From the IMG/VR virus record IMGVR_UViG_3300042870_001966: DNA of 64,000 bases; one strand, written 5' to 3'. Each line of letters begins with the position of its first letter. The stretch's first letter is position 1. The notes beneath the pieces are model-generated. The model saw only the letters and a program-made list of their open reading frames with translations. It was not told the DNA's origin and made no database searches. Of the stretch, positions 28,894 to 38,876 are shown in pieces. The stretch comes from a virus. Lineage: Duplodnaviria; Heunggongvirae; Uroviricota; Caudoviricetes. The position numbers and the translations under genes were made by a program.

Positions 28894-29919
28894 TTGAGCG
28901 CACAAGGAGTTATATCAGAATCACTAATTAGCTTTAACATAACTTGGAGTAATCCAGGGAAAGGTCAACAGTCTAAGTGGGATCAAACAAAGCAAGGAAT
29001 CGAAATTCACGAGACTGACGTGTATCCTGATTTACAATATACGTCTGCCTATGCAGCTCCATTGTATGTTAAGTACACATCAGGGGCTCTACTCAATGAT
29101 CTAATATCTGAAATCAATAAGATAATTGATGCACGAATTGCAAGTGAATCTAGTAAAAAGAATGAGGCTACTGAAGCTTTACCTCCTGGGCCAAATGCAC
29201 CCAAACAGTTAGGGTCTGGAGAAGAGGAGGAAGAGGATGAAGAAACTCAAAAAGCTTTACCTCCTGGGCCAGACGCTCCTAAACAATTAGCAGGATACTC
29301 GCCTGGTGGTGACCTGGTTAAGGTAGAAGAACCTGGATTACCTGCGATTATTGATACTAAGCCTGAGGAAATTGATGTACCAGATGTGACGCCTGACGAA
29401 ACTGCTGCAGTTAGCGACTATGCATACACAGTAGTAGTTAAAGGAGATCGTCTTAGATTTTTAGAAGGTCAGCAAGAAAGAGGAGCTTACTCTGCAGGGG
29501 TTAAGTTTCTATATCAAGTATCAAATAATCTATCAAAAGTAGTATCGGGAGAAACGATTGATAATAAAACTAAAATTTATGCAGAAATTTCAATGTCAGG
29601 TCTATTAGGCAGAACATTTAGAATGGAATTTCCAGAGTTTGACGAAAAGGAATTTAAGTTTGGTGGAAATTTGTTAGCTCAAATATTACCATCGATCGAA
29701 TTAAGCTTTACGCCTGATCAAAATTCAGTATATTCAAAAGAGAAACCTGAATTAGATATAGCAGACGTTATTAAAGCAACAAATATTACACTGGGAAGTA
29801 AAACTACTTCTGAAATTAAGGCTTTACAAAAGCAAATACAAAAAGAAATTGAAGCAAGGGAACCTTCTCAATCAGAAGGATCATCCGATAAACAAGTTGC
29901 TTCGGACAAGAATAAATAA
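28894..29919 (+). CDS. hypothetical protein with duplicated Pro-rich motif
   Basis: TTG start; ALPPGPxAPKQL twice flanking a poly-Glu tract. Confidence 0.6.
   Translation: MSAQGVISESLISFNITWSNPGKGQQSKWDQTKQGIEIHETDVYPDLQYTSAYAAPLYVKYTSGALLNDLISEINKIIDARIASESSKKNEATEALPPGPNAPKQLGSGEEEEEDEETQKALPPGPDAPKQLAGYSPGGDLVKVEEPGLPAIIDTKPEEIDVPDVTPDETAAVSDYAYTVVVKGDRLRFLEGQQERGAYSAGVKFLYQVSNNLSKVVSGETIDNKTKIYAEISMSGLLGRTFRMEFPEFDEKEFKFGGNLLAQILPSIELSFTPDQNSVYSKEKPELDIADVIKATNITLGSKTTSEIKALQKQIQKEIEAREPSQSEGSSDKQVASDKNK
29174..29271 (+). repeat. 20-bp exact direct repeat
   Basis: AAGCTTTACCTCCTGGGCCA at 29174-29193 and 29252-29271. Confidence 0.85.
29912..29919 (+). promoter_or_regulatory. late-type promoter ATAAATAA
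   Basis: Embedded in NK-stop codons of upstream gene, 19 nt before tail tube ATG. Confidence 0.6.
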
Positions 29920-29938
29920 CTAAAAAATAAGAGACAAG

Positions 29939-30523
29939 ATGGCAGGTCTACCACATTTTAAAAACTCAACAGCCGGTCCTGGAAAGTACGAGCCGTTGTA
30001 CCTTAATCAATTTGAGGTAATTATTACTCCTCCACCAGCAGTTGCTGGTAAAATAGGTTTCGGTAACAACTTAATGCTTGAACACGTTCTTAAGGTAACT
30101 AGTTTACCAGAGCTTGCAGGTTCAGGTTCAGCAGTAATTACGCAGAACTATAAATTCGCTCAAAGAACTTATGCTCCAGCTAAACCAGCTCAGACGTATC
30201 ATCAGTTTAATATTGATTTTGAGGTTAACTTAAACAATAATAATGATATGTACATCTACAATGCACTAAGAGCATGGGCAGATTTAATTTACGATCCATT
30301 AACTGGTCGTCAAGGTTTAAAAGTTGACTACGCGGATGCCAGCATTCAAGTAACGCAATTTAATAGAGCTGGTGTAATTTACAGAGACTTTATGTTCTCA
30401 CCAGTATTCATTGGACCAAATAAATTAACTGAAACTGCACTAGATTACGCAGGAGACGGTATTTATAAACTAACCGCACAATTCACAGCGGATATGTACA
30501 CTGAATCTAGAATCGGACAATAA
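29939..30523 (+). CDS. tail tube protein (gp19-like)
   Basis: YEPLYLNQFEV...FNIDFEVN...LRAWADLIYDPLTG...IQVTQFNRAG tube pattern. Confidence 0.75.
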   Translation: MAGLPHFKNSTAGPGKYEPLYLNQFEVIITPPPAVAGKIGFGNNLMLEHVLKVTSLPELAGSGSAVITQNYKFAQRTYAPAKPAQTYHQFNIDFEVNLNNNNDMYIYNALRAWADLIYDPLTGRQGLKVDYADASIQVTQFNRAGVIYRDFMFSPVFIGPNKLTETALDYAGDGIYKLTAQFTADMYTESRIGQ

Positions 30524-30544
30524 AAAAATCATCGCTAACTGACT

Positions 30545-31198
30545 ATGGACATGTTTAACGTAAAACGCAGAGATAATCCTTCTATGGATCGATACAGTGA
30601 CTTGAAGAAGCCTGCATTCGGAGGTCCCAAAGAGAAGGAAGACTTTGATAAATCAAAAAGAAAATCACTTGATGGATACCAACGAGTAGTCGACAGAAAT
30701 GCCGATTTTGAAGGTGGAAAATTCAATCATAATTATGACACGACGTGGAAAGCAGTAACTCGTGACTTAATCTCAAGAACTGCTAAGAAAAAACCATTTG
30801 ACCCTATGTACGCAAAACCAACAATCGCAACAGTTGACGCTGTTGAAGAAGGAAAAATTAAACGTTTCGAACAATTCGTAAACGAAAATGAAGGCTATAA
30901 CATGTTCGCAGAAGCTGAAGAGGAAGCTCCAGAAATGGAAGAGACTCCAGAAGAAGGAGCAGAAGTAGAAGAAATTGAAGTAGACGAAGAGCAATTAGAA
31001 AATCTAATGGCTGATTTCGGAGAAGATCTTGAAGCTATGATCGAAGATATCGCTGAAAAGATGGAAATTGAAAAAGAAGAAGTTTGCAATCTACTTTGTG
31101 CAGCTGTTAAAAAACTTTGTTTAGAAGAAGAATCTGAAGAAGGTGAAGAAGACGAGAACGAAGAAGAAGAGAACGAAGAAGAAGACGAAATGATGTAA
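30545..31198 (+). CDS. acidic hypothetical protein
   Basis: Basic N-half, internal IKRFEQFVNE, Glu-rich C-half. Confidence 0.6.
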   Translation: MDMFNVKRRDNPSMDRYSDLKKPAFGGPKEKEDFDKSKRKSLDGYQRVVDRNADFEGGKFNHNYDTTWKAVTRDLISRTAKKKPFDPMYAKPTIATVDAVEEGKIKRFEQFVNENEGYNMFAEAEEEAPEMEETPEEGAEVEEIEVDEEQLENLMADFGEDLEAMIEDIAEKMEIEKEEVCNLLCAAVKKLCLEEESEEGEEDENEEEENEEEDEMM

Positions 31199-31222
31199 TT
31201 CTTTAGAAACTTAATAAAAAAG

Positions 31223-31248
31223 AAAAGGGACTTTATAGTCCCTTTTTT
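31223..31248. terminator. bidirectional intrinsic terminator
   Basis: AAAAGGGACT-TTAT-AGTCCCTTTT between convergent genes. Confidence 0.85.
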
Positions 31249-31634
31249 ATTGTTTCAACTCCAGTTAATTCTCCAATTTCAAGATCCCCATCTATTAATT
31301 GAGGGATAAACTCTACTGACTGATACGCAGTATTTAGGAATTTTATAGCATTATTTACGCTACTTGCACTAAGTCCAGAATTAACGTAAATGATTCTATT
31401 GTATTTACGGTTTCTAACGTTAATTGCTTTATCGATTAATTTCTTAATCTCATAATTAATTAGGAACGATTGGATCTTATTTGGCACAAGAATTTCCTGT
31501 TCAAATTTCTCCTTGATTATTTTATTTACGTTTAGTAAATAATCGCATTTCTGCTTCTTACTAAAGGTTTGAATAAATTGTTTTTGGTCTTTTACGAAAA
31601 CGATTTCAAGTCTTCTGTCATCTGTATCAATCAT
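31233..31634 (-). CDS. hypothetical protein
   Basis: 133 aa ORF coupled to dCMP deaminase. Confidence 0.55.
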   Translation of the reverse strand: MIDTDDRRLEIVFVKDQKQFIQTFSKKQKCDYLLNVNKIIKEKFEQEILVPNKIQSFLINYEIKKLIDKAINVRNRKYNRIIYVNSGLSASSVNNAIKFLNTAYQSVEFIPQLIDGDLEIGELTGVETIKKGL

Positions 31635-32125
31635 ATTGAATCTAGGCTGATTTTTTTAACGTCTACCCCGGCTCTTCTTAAAAAATCAAGTCCAGCAATA
31701 TCTCGATATTCCTCTAGATAAACAACTTTTTTTATTCCAGCTTGAAGTATTAATTTACTGCAATCTGTACATGGGGAGTAAGTTATGTATAAGGTCGATC
31801 CATCGCAACTTTGAGTAGATTTAGCAACTTTAGCTAAAGCATTAGACTCTGCGTGTAGAACGTACCATTTTGTTTTGTATTCTCTAAATGAACCGTCTTC
31901 GTTCATTACGGCCTCTTCGCATTCATTTTCAAATCCAGAAGGAGTACCATTGAATCCATCTGCAATAATCGTGTTATTCTTAACAATTAATGCTCCAACT
32001 TTTTTACGAGTTGCATGAGATAATTCTGCCCAAACTTGGGCCATTTTGATGTAGGCGACATCAACCTTATGTTGCCTCTGTACGGATAGTGAGTTAGTAG
32101 TTGACATTTCCTTGAGATTTTTCAA
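31631..32125 (-). CDS. dCMP deaminase
   Basis: KVGALIV, GFNGTPSG, HAESNA, PCTDC zinc motifs; real start may be ATG 32107. Confidence 0.9.
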   Translation of the reverse strand: MKNLKEMSTTNSLSVQRQHKVDVAYIKMAQVWAELSHATRKKVGALIVKNNTIIADGFNGTPSGFENECEEAVMNEDGSFREYKTKWYVLHAESNALAKVAKSTQSCDGSTLYITYSPCTDCSKLILQAGIKKVVYLEEYRDIAGLDFLRRAGVDVKKISLDSI

Positions 32126-32984
32126 ATATCCATTTCAAAAGGTCTTCGCCATTTTGAAAAATTAGGACATCGTCTGTATGTTTATTAATAGAATCAAATA
32201 GTATTTCAAAATCTTTACTAGGAGTTCCGTCTATTTCGATTAAATCAGATACGATAGCTGGTAAAGTTACTGGTGAAAATTCATTTTGTAACATGTAGCC
32301 AGCTAGATCGTAGTGTCTATCGTAAACATGATATGAATTAGCGACATGAGTATACGATCCTAATTCCAATTCTGGATAGAATTGCTTAAGATGAGAATGG
32401 ATTTGCATTTGTAGAGAACAGAAGAAAGCAACATCAGTTGGTGTACCCCATACTGCATCGTTACTTCTCATGAAAACACTCATGTAAAGTTTATTATTTC
32501 GAATATGAAGATTTGCGTACATAGTACAAACAAAATCTTTATTTGAAAAATGCTGGTGAACTGGTTTATTGAAGTGCAGAACTGCTTGGCGAGTGTTCGA
32601 ATCGTTCATTAGGCTTTGAATTGCCCATTGATACTGAGTCAAATCATGAGAGTTTGTCTCTTTAAAGATTAGATTACCGTAAGCAGAGTTTGCGGTGCCG
32701 TCTGTGTTCTGAATTGTTTCCCAGAATTTAGCCCATTTTGAAATAAACGCTACATCATTACGACCCATGTAATACCATAGGAATTCAGCTGCAATGTATT
32801 TCATTTGCGAACTTCTAGCCTGATTTAGGTATAGGCATTGAGTTGGATCTTCGACTTCGAGTGCAACATCTAGTAATTCTTTACTGGTAGTTCCTCTAGC
32901 GTTATTCACAAGACCGTTAGCCATTAAATACTTAATGGAGTCTTCATAGCATGAAGCGAAAGTCTTTCCTTTAAATGTAATCAT
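32094..32984 (-). CDS. thymidylate synthase-fold enzyme, dCMP hydroxymethylase (gp42)-like
   Basis: NSAYG, DSNTRQA, KDFVCT (catalytic Cys), MRSNDAVWGTPTD, SYHVY; Asp at the position of E. coli ThyA Asn177. Confidence 0.75.
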   Translation of the reverse strand: MITFKGKTFASCYEDSIKYLMANGLVNNARGTTSKELLDVALEVEDPTQCLYLNQARSSQMKYIAAEFLWYYMGRNDVAFISKWAKFWETIQNTDGTANSAYGNLIFKETNSHDLTQYQWAIQSLMNDSNTRQAVLHFNKPVHQHFSNKDFVCTMYANLHIRNNKLYMSVFMRSNDAVWGTPTDVAFFCSLQMQIHSHLKQFYPELELGSYTHVANSYHVYDRHYDLAGYMLQNEFSPVTLPAIVSDLIEIDGTPSKDFEILFDSINKHTDDVLIFQNGEDLLKWIFEKSQGNVNY

Positions 32985-33008
32985 ATTAATTGTGTTAAAC
33001 TAGTAACT

Positions 33009-33036
33009 ATAATACTCAAAAAAAGGAAAAAGGTTA
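33009..33036 (-). promoter_or_regulatory. TAAC-N17-GTATTAT promoter (class A variant)
   Basis: One mismatch in the AAAC box; upstream of the ThyA-fold gene. Confidence 0.5.
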
Positions 33037-33037
33037 A

Positions 33038-34699
33038 CTATACAATAGCTAAATCTGAAAAATGGTCAGTATTTTCAACCTGGATCTTAGTATCGAAGTA
33101 TTCTTCAGGTAATGGATCATGCGAGATAACAAACACGGTCATATTATACTTCTTTGAGAAAGTTTTTAAGAGGTCAACTACTCTAAAAATAGAGTCTACG
33201 TCAAGAGAAGAAAATACTTCGTCTAAGAATAACACGTTTACTTTATTATGTTTAAGTTTAATAAGTTCAAGTATACAAAGCAGAACGATTAAGTTCATTT
33301 TCTTTTGTTCTCCAGCAGATAATGAGTCTGGTGAAACTTGCATTCCTAAATGAGTAATGATCGGATTGAACTCTAGGTCAAACTCGAACGAAAACTTAAA
33401 TTCTAATACTTTAGCGGTTTTTAGGATCTTCTTATTTAATAGTGGAATAATTTGACTCATTAGCATACGTTTCATTCCGTTATCCGATAAGATCATTTCC
33501 ATTTCTTGCGAAACTTTTAACTTTTCTTGCTCAACTTTTAAGGTCTTACTAGAATCATCAATTTCAGACTGTATGTTTTTAATTACTTCAGCTAAATGAT
33601 GATCAGTTGTTTTAACTGTTTGCGTTTTTAATCCAGAGAGTTCTCTCTTAAGAGATGTAATATTTGCATCGATTGAATAGTAATCGGCCTTTGCTGTATT
33701 TTGAGACTCCTCAATCTTTTTAAGACCTGTCGCCTGACTTGCAAGCGATTCAGTAATCGATGGAATTAGGGACTCTTGTTGAATCTTCTTTGCCTGTAAC
33801 TTATCTTTAATTTGGCTGTGTAATTCGTCAGTTAAGTCAGATAAACAGTGAGGGCATTTATTTTTTGCATAGATATCTAGCTTCTTTTGGATTTCTGAGA
33901 TATTTAAACGAGTAGAAGACTGGCTATCTTGACTAGTTCGGATTGAGGTTCGGATTTCCTCTATTTTAGTATTAAAAGAAGCTGCTTCAGTTCTCTTAGC
34001 CTGTTTGTCTATTTCTAATTGAGATATTTGAGCAGTAATTTCAGAAATTCGAGTCTCATTTGAAGTTTCAATTTCAACTTTTAGATTTTCAAGCTGAAGA
34101 AGAGACGACTCAAGAAGTCTCTGATTACTTGAAATAGCCGTTTCATGGGCAGAAACATCCCCTTTAATTTTCTTGGATTCTTCTTTCACGATTTTAGACA
34201 TGTCATTAACTATATCTAGTCCAAAGATCTTATCGATAATTTGACGTTTATCTGCTGGACTTAATTTAACGAAGCTCTTAAAATCATTTACTGATAGACT
34301 GATTGTATTTGAGAATACGTTAAATGGGATTCTGGCTAATTCATCTTCTATGAACTCATCAACTCTGCGTTTATCCGGTAAGTTATATTCAGCGCCGTCT
34401 ACTGATACTTTTGAAAAGTTTGGTTCAAGCCCACGTTCAATATCAATTAATTTACCACCATCGGTTAAGAATTTAATTTGAGTATAGGCATTCTTGTTAA
34501 TACGATTAGGAATCTCCTTGGTTTTTCGGATTGCCGATTTTCCATAGATAGAAACAGTTAAGGCATCAGAAATTGAAGATTTACCTGAGCCGTTTTTACC
34601 TTGAACTAGAACAAGTCGAGGCTCGTCAGTAAATTTAAACGTCTGTAATTTATTTCCGTATGAACAAATGTTTCGGAATGAGAATTCTTGTATCTTCAT
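33038..34699 (-). CDS. recombination ATPase gp46 (SbcC/Rad50-like)
   Basis: GKNGSGKS, CPHC zinc hook, LSAGEQKK, FLDEVFSSLD, VISH. Confidence 0.92.
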   Translation of the reverse strand: MKIQEFSFRNICSYGNKLQTFKFTDEPRLVLVQGKNGSGKSSISDALTVSIYGKSAIRKTKEIPNRINKNAYTQIKFLTDGGKLIDIERGLEPNFSKVSVDGAEYNLPDKRRVDEFIEDELARIPFNVFSNTISLSVNDFKSFVKLSPADKRQIIDKIFGLDIVNDMSKIVKEESKKIKGDVSAHETAISSNQRLLESSLLQLENLKVEIETSNETRISEITAQISQLEIDKQAKRTEAASFNTKIEEIRTSIRTSQDSQSSTRLNISEIQKKLDIYAKNKCPHCLSDLTDELHSQIKDKLQAKKIQQESLIPSITESLASQATGLKKIEESQNTAKADYYSIDANITSLKRELSGLKTQTVKTTDHHLAEVIKNIQSEIDDSSKTLKVEQEKLKVSQEMEMILSDNGMKRMLMSQIIPLLNKKILKTAKVLEFKFSFEFDLEFNPIITHLGMQVSPDSLSAGEQKKMNLIVLLCILELIKLKHNKVNVLFLDEVFSSLDVDSIFRVVDLLKTFSKKYNMTVFVISHDPLPEEYFDTKIQVENTDHFSDLAIV

Positions 34700-35190
34700 T
34701 AGTTTGAAAAGTATGTAAGTTCTTGGTTGGGCATAATGTCTTGTACTGCATAGAATTTATACAGTTTTGAGGTAGAGTCATAGGACCAGTTTATATTGGG
34801 AGAATCTGAGCGTCTATAAACTGAGCCGTATCCTAATAGGATTGCATGCGAATTAATATTCATCATTTTATCTGGATTAACAACATCTAATAAAATTGCT
34901 TTGAATTGAGCTTGAGAAATTAAGCCTTGATCAAGCCTTTCCTGTAGGTCAAGCTCAGCAAGTCGGCTCGCAATCTCTCTCTCCTTTTCGATTCCATCAG
35001 GGTTAGGGAATAGTTTATTGGTTAAGAATTGATCATTTTTACTTAAAAGAATTTGGGTCCTTTGTGTAACCGGCAACCAGGCACAAACTTCAATAACTGA
35101 GTCTCTAAAAATCTGACGATTAGTAAAAACGCAAAACTCAGATCCTATTTTTTGGATTGATATTGATTCTAAAATATTTGGTCTATTCAT
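34699..35190 (-). CDS. SET-domain protein with altered NHS motif
   Basis: LGYGSVYRRSDSPN...FYAVQDIMPNQELTY matches SET GxGxxxNHSxxPN...AxxDIxxGEELT. Confidence 0.65.
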   Translation of the reverse strand: MNRPNILESISIQKIGSEFCVFTNRQIFRDSVIEVCAWLPVTQRTQILLSKNDQFLTNKLFPNPDGIEKEREIASRLAELDLQERLDQGLISQAQFKAILLDVVNPDKMMNINSHAILLGYGSVYRRSDSPNINWSYDSTSKLYKFYAVQDIMPNQELTYFSN

Positions 35191-36295
35191 CGCCTCTTTC
35201 TTGTTTTACCAGTCCATGTACTTCTATAAACTTTCGAGCTAAGTCCGTCTTAAAGGTCTGTGAGTAGTCTCTAGATTTAATGAAACTTTTAAAAATATCA
35301 ATAACATTAAACTGATCTTCTGGATTAAAGTCTACTGACGTCTTATCGTCAGCGATATCGTCAACATACGTAAAAAATTCAACCTTTCTATGTTTTGATT
35401 TTGAAATTAATTCAAGAAATCTTGTTACTGGAAATTTGTTTACGAAATTAACGCTAATCATCACATCAACGAATGAATTTTGAAAATGAGAAATAACTTG
35501 ATCTGCTGGCATTTCCAATAATTCATAAATATCAAACTTTTTATAGGTAGGAGATTGAGTATTAAGAACGAATGTTTCAATTAGATTAGAGCCGCTTAGG
35601 TCTAATTGATAAAAACCTTTTTGATTATCTCTATCGCCTCGATCCATTTGATATGGGGTTCCAGTGTATAGAACATTTTTAAATTCTTGTCTATGATGAA
35701 TATGACCTGCGTAAACGCGCTTGTATGAAGTTAACATGTCAACCTCTACTCCGTGCTCAACTTTAGTCCACTTATTAAAACGTAATCCTTTAATATCGGC
35801 ATGGCATACGATGTATTCACATAGATCCTGATGATCGGTTATTATTTGATTGATTCTATTAGTGTCTTCTACCCAAGGTAACATTAGGAAATTTTGAGTT
35901 CCATTAATCGTTAAGATTTCCGGGTTTTCAAACACATGAATGTTATCTGCAATATGCGAAATCGCCTTTAGTGAGTGAACCACATTTCGGTCTTTATAGT
36001 AGACATCATGGTTTCCAATAATAATGTAAATACCTCTCTTAAACTTCTCAGACAATTTCTTAAAGATAGTTAAAGCCTCATCGTGAATTCTAACATTAAT
36101 TGATTCGCGTGAATGGAAAATATCTCCTTCTAAAAACAGAACATCTCGATCTTCATCGAAATCTTTGTCAACTTCACTAATTAAAAAATCCAGTAAAAAG
36201 TCCTTTTGTATTTGGAGCCACTCTACTGAATTGTTTTTAATTCCTAGGTGTAAATCACCAACTAGTGTTATTTTTCTAATATTGTTTAATTTCAT
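35183..36295 (-). CDS. recombination nuclease gp47 (SbcD/Mre11-like)
   Basis: GDLHLG, GDIFH, GNHD, CHAD, GHIHH, YTGTPYQ; start placed at ATG 36295. Confidence 0.92.
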   Translation of the reverse strand: MKLNNIRKITLVGDLHLGIKNNSVEWLQIQKDFLLDFLISEVDKDFDEDRDVLFLEGDIFHSRESINVRIHDEALTIFKKLSEKFKRGIYIIIGNHDVYYKDRNVVHSLKAISHIADNIHVFENPEILTINGTQNFLMLPWVEDTNRINQIITDHQDLCEYIVCHADIKGLRFNKWTKVEHGVEVDMLTSYKRVYAGHIHHRQEFKNVLYTGTPYQMDRGDRDNQKGFYQLDLSGSNLIETFVLNTQSPTYKKFDIYELLEMPADQVISHFQNSFVDVMISVNFVNKFPVTRFLELISKSKHRKVEFFTYVDDIADDKTSVDFNPEDQFNVIDIFKSFIKSRDYSQTFKTDLARKFIEVHGLVKQERGDE

Positions 36296-36296
36296 C

Positions 36297-36974
36297 TTAA
36301 AACATTTTATAGTTCTTACCCATACTATCAAGGAATCCATATTTGCTGTTTAGCTCAATAAGAAGAAGTTCCTTATTTTCATAAGTCAACATGTCAAATA
36401 TTTTTTTGTATTCCATGTTAACGGTACTAGATATTGAATCAAGTACATGAATTGGACTAATGAATACGTTTAGGCTTACTCCTTTACTTAAACCTGATAG
36501 AATTAAATTAAATAGAAGATTCATCTCAGGTTTAGTAAATTTCTTCTTTTCAGGTTCATCACCAAGTATCGCTAGAACCTCTGAATTACCTTGGATGAAT
36601 GAATTTATATCTTTACGGACGATCCCTAGATCCACATGTTCGGCGTATCGACTGGGATCAGTTAAGTGGTAATCGGCTGAGCTGCTATCTAATTTAATTT
36701 CAGAACTTCCTCTTGAAGATCCAGCATTATCTTCGTCTTCTTCAGTAAATTCTAATCCTAAATTATAAGTATTATTAAAGATTTTATCAGTCTTCTTTAG
36801 GTCTGAGTAAGCAGATCGACGTCTTTCCAATTCGTCTTCGTCATAGTCATCATCGGATATTCCGTTGTTTAAACGGTCATACTCATCTTCAAGACCTAAT
36901 TCGAGTTCCTGATCGATATTATTGTCGTCTTCATGTAAATCTAAGAAATCTTCATCTGTTTGTTTTGGTATCAA
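36297..36974 (-). CDS. acidic hypothetical protein
   Basis: TTG start, Asp/Glu-rich N-terminus; between gp41 and gp47. Confidence 0.6.
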   Translation of the reverse strand: MIPKQTDEDFLDLHEDDNNIDQELELGLEDEYDRLNNGISDDDYDEDELERRRSAYSDLKKTDKIFNNTYNLGLEFTEEDEDNAGSSRGSSEIKLDSSSADYHLTDPSRYAEHVDLGIVRKDINSFIQGNSEVLAILGDEPEKKKFTKPEMNLLFNLILSGLSKGVSLNVFISPIHVLDSISSTVNMEYKKIFDMLTYENKELLLIELNSKYGFLDSMGKNYKMF

Positions 36975-36990
36975 AATAGTTATGATTTTT

Positions 36991-38529
36991 TTATATTGAA
37001 TTTAATAAGTCATCGTACTCAGCAGAAGATTTCCCTGGATTAGCTACTGGCGCTGGATAGTCAGGGCTTATTGCTAAGTCGTATGGAATTAAATTCGGTG
37101 GCATTGTTGTTGTGTGAACTGTATTGTATTGAGTTCGCATTTGATTTTCCAGAGATTGAGTATCATCATCATCTGAGTAGAACTCGCTAGCTGGATCGTA
37201 TTCTTCAGTTAGTTTTGCAAATTCATAACTCATTCGATACATTTTGAAACTTTCGGTGTATCCACCATCACGGTTTGCAATTAACTTAATCTTCATTCGT
37301 TTTTCCATAGGTCCTCTAATCAAACCGAATAGAGAATCTACTGTATGTACAAGCCCAAATGATTCTGCGATATCTGACATGCTTAAGTCTTGATCGTCTA
37401 CTGCATCTCTTTTAATTTGAGTTGCTGTAATAATACACCATTCATTTCGAATAGCAACAGCTCTTAATTCCTCAGAGATTACTTTGATCTTTTCGTAAAC
37501 GTTTCCTTGCTCTCGCATCGGTCTCATTAAGTTAATATAGTCAACTACGACTACTGTAAATTTCTTTCCAGTATTTTGCTGAACTTTTAGGAAATAATTT
37601 TCTACATCAATCGCTGAGGCAGTTCCGGTTGGAAATTCTTTAACTACTAATTCGCCTAGGTGAGAAGATTTGCTTCTAAGATCAGCGATCCGTTGAGTTA
37701 CTTCTCCGACTTGAGTGTTATCTAGTAGGGCATCATAATTTTTAAATGGAATATCTAGAATCATTGACCCAAGTCGCTTCATGTATTTACGGTCAGATAA
37801 CTCAAGAGTTGCAATTCCGACATGACATCCGGCAACAAATGCTCGACCTGCAATATTAGAAAGGACCATTGACTTTCCTACTTTTGGACGCCCTTGAAAA
37901 ACTACTAGCGTTTTAGGATTCCATCCACCGCCTAGTGTCTTATCAAAGAATGGGAAACCTGTAGGATTTCCAATTTTAGATAGCTGAACGTGATCAATTG
38001 GAGTAAAGAAGTCTAGGCCTGATTCGGCACTAGTAAATGATACGTTTAATTTTTGATTAAATTTTTCACGAACTTCGTTAGTTATTAGCTCAACATTCTC
38101 TGGGTTAATGTCAGTTGTTTTTAAATACGAAAGAACATCAATTACTGAACCGTTTAGATTTTTGTAAAAGATGAAGGCTTTTGTGTACTTAAATAAGAAA
38201 TCGTAATTGTAAGTAGTCAAGTCTACTTCGAATAGAGCTTTGTATTTAGAATCAGGAATATCTAGATTCGCTAGATTAATAAGTTCACGAAGTTCATTAC
38301 GAGTTGGGATCTTTGAATATTCGACGAAAAACTTCTTTGCGAGACGGTACACTCTTTGTAAAGTGTCGTCGTTAAAGTAGTGAGCTTTGATTAATGGAAT
38401 AACCTCCCTCTTGTCCATTGAATCGTAATTCTTAGGCTTAATGATAATATCATTATCGTCTTCAGTTAGGACAAAATTAAAGATTATTTTTTCGAGAAGC
38501 TCAATGTTCTCTTTGAAGTCTATCATCAT
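36991..38529 (-). CDS. replicative DNA helicase gp41 (DnaB-like)
   Basis: GRPKVGKS, ATLELS, VVDYINL, TATQIKR, IAESFGL. Confidence 0.92.
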   Translation of the reverse strand: MMIDFKENIELLEKIIFNFVLTEDDNDIIIKPKNYDSMDKREVIPLIKAHYFNDDTLQRVYRLAKKFFVEYSKIPTRNELRELINLANLDIPDSKYKALFEVDLTTYNYDFLFKYTKAFIFYKNLNGSVIDVLSYLKTTDINPENVELITNEVREKFNQKLNVSFTSAESGLDFFTPIDHVQLSKIGNPTGFPFFDKTLGGGWNPKTLVVFQGRPKVGKSMVLSNIAGRAFVAGCHVGIATLELSDRKYMKRLGSMILDIPFKNYDALLDNTQVGEVTQRIADLRSKSSHLGELVVKEFPTGTASAIDVENYFLKVQQNTGKKFTVVVVDYINLMRPMREQGNVYEKIKVISEELRAVAIRNEWCIITATQIKRDAVDDQDLSMSDIAESFGLVHTVDSLFGLIRGPMEKRMKIKLIANRDGGYTESFKMYRMSYEFAKLTEEYDPASEFYSDDDDTQSLENQMRTQYNTVHTTTMPPNLIPYDLAISPDYPAPVANPGKSSAEYDDLLNSI

Positions 38530-38534
38530 ATTTT

Positions 38535-38876
38535 TTAATTGGCTATTGTGTAATATTTTAAAAATTCAGATTCATTGATTGTAATGAATTCTCCTTTTTT
38601 TATAAGTATATCATCTTCTATCAAAGTTTTCATGATAAGTTTTATCTTATCTCTAAACTCTTCATCATTCATTTTATCCCCAAATACGTATTTCAACGTT
38701 TTAGTAGAGAATTTAATGTCAGTTTGATCAAATTCCTTTGATTTTGAAATTGTGACTTTGACTATGTAGGACAGAATATCGAACACAAAGTCCTGCCCAG
38801 TTGGATAACTAGGCAGAGCGATGTGAGATTCTAGTAAGTATTTAAGTGGGATTGTTTGCTGTAAATTAATCTGCAT
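38535..38876 (-). CDS. hypothetical protein
   Basis: 113 aa between uvsX and gp41; possible winged helix. Confidence 0.55.
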   Translation of the reverse strand: MQINLQQTIPLKYLLESHIALPSYPTGQDFVFDILSYIVKVTISKSKEFDQTDIKFSTKTLKYVFGDKMNDEEFRDKIKLIMKTLIEDDILIKKGEFITINESEFLKYYTIAN

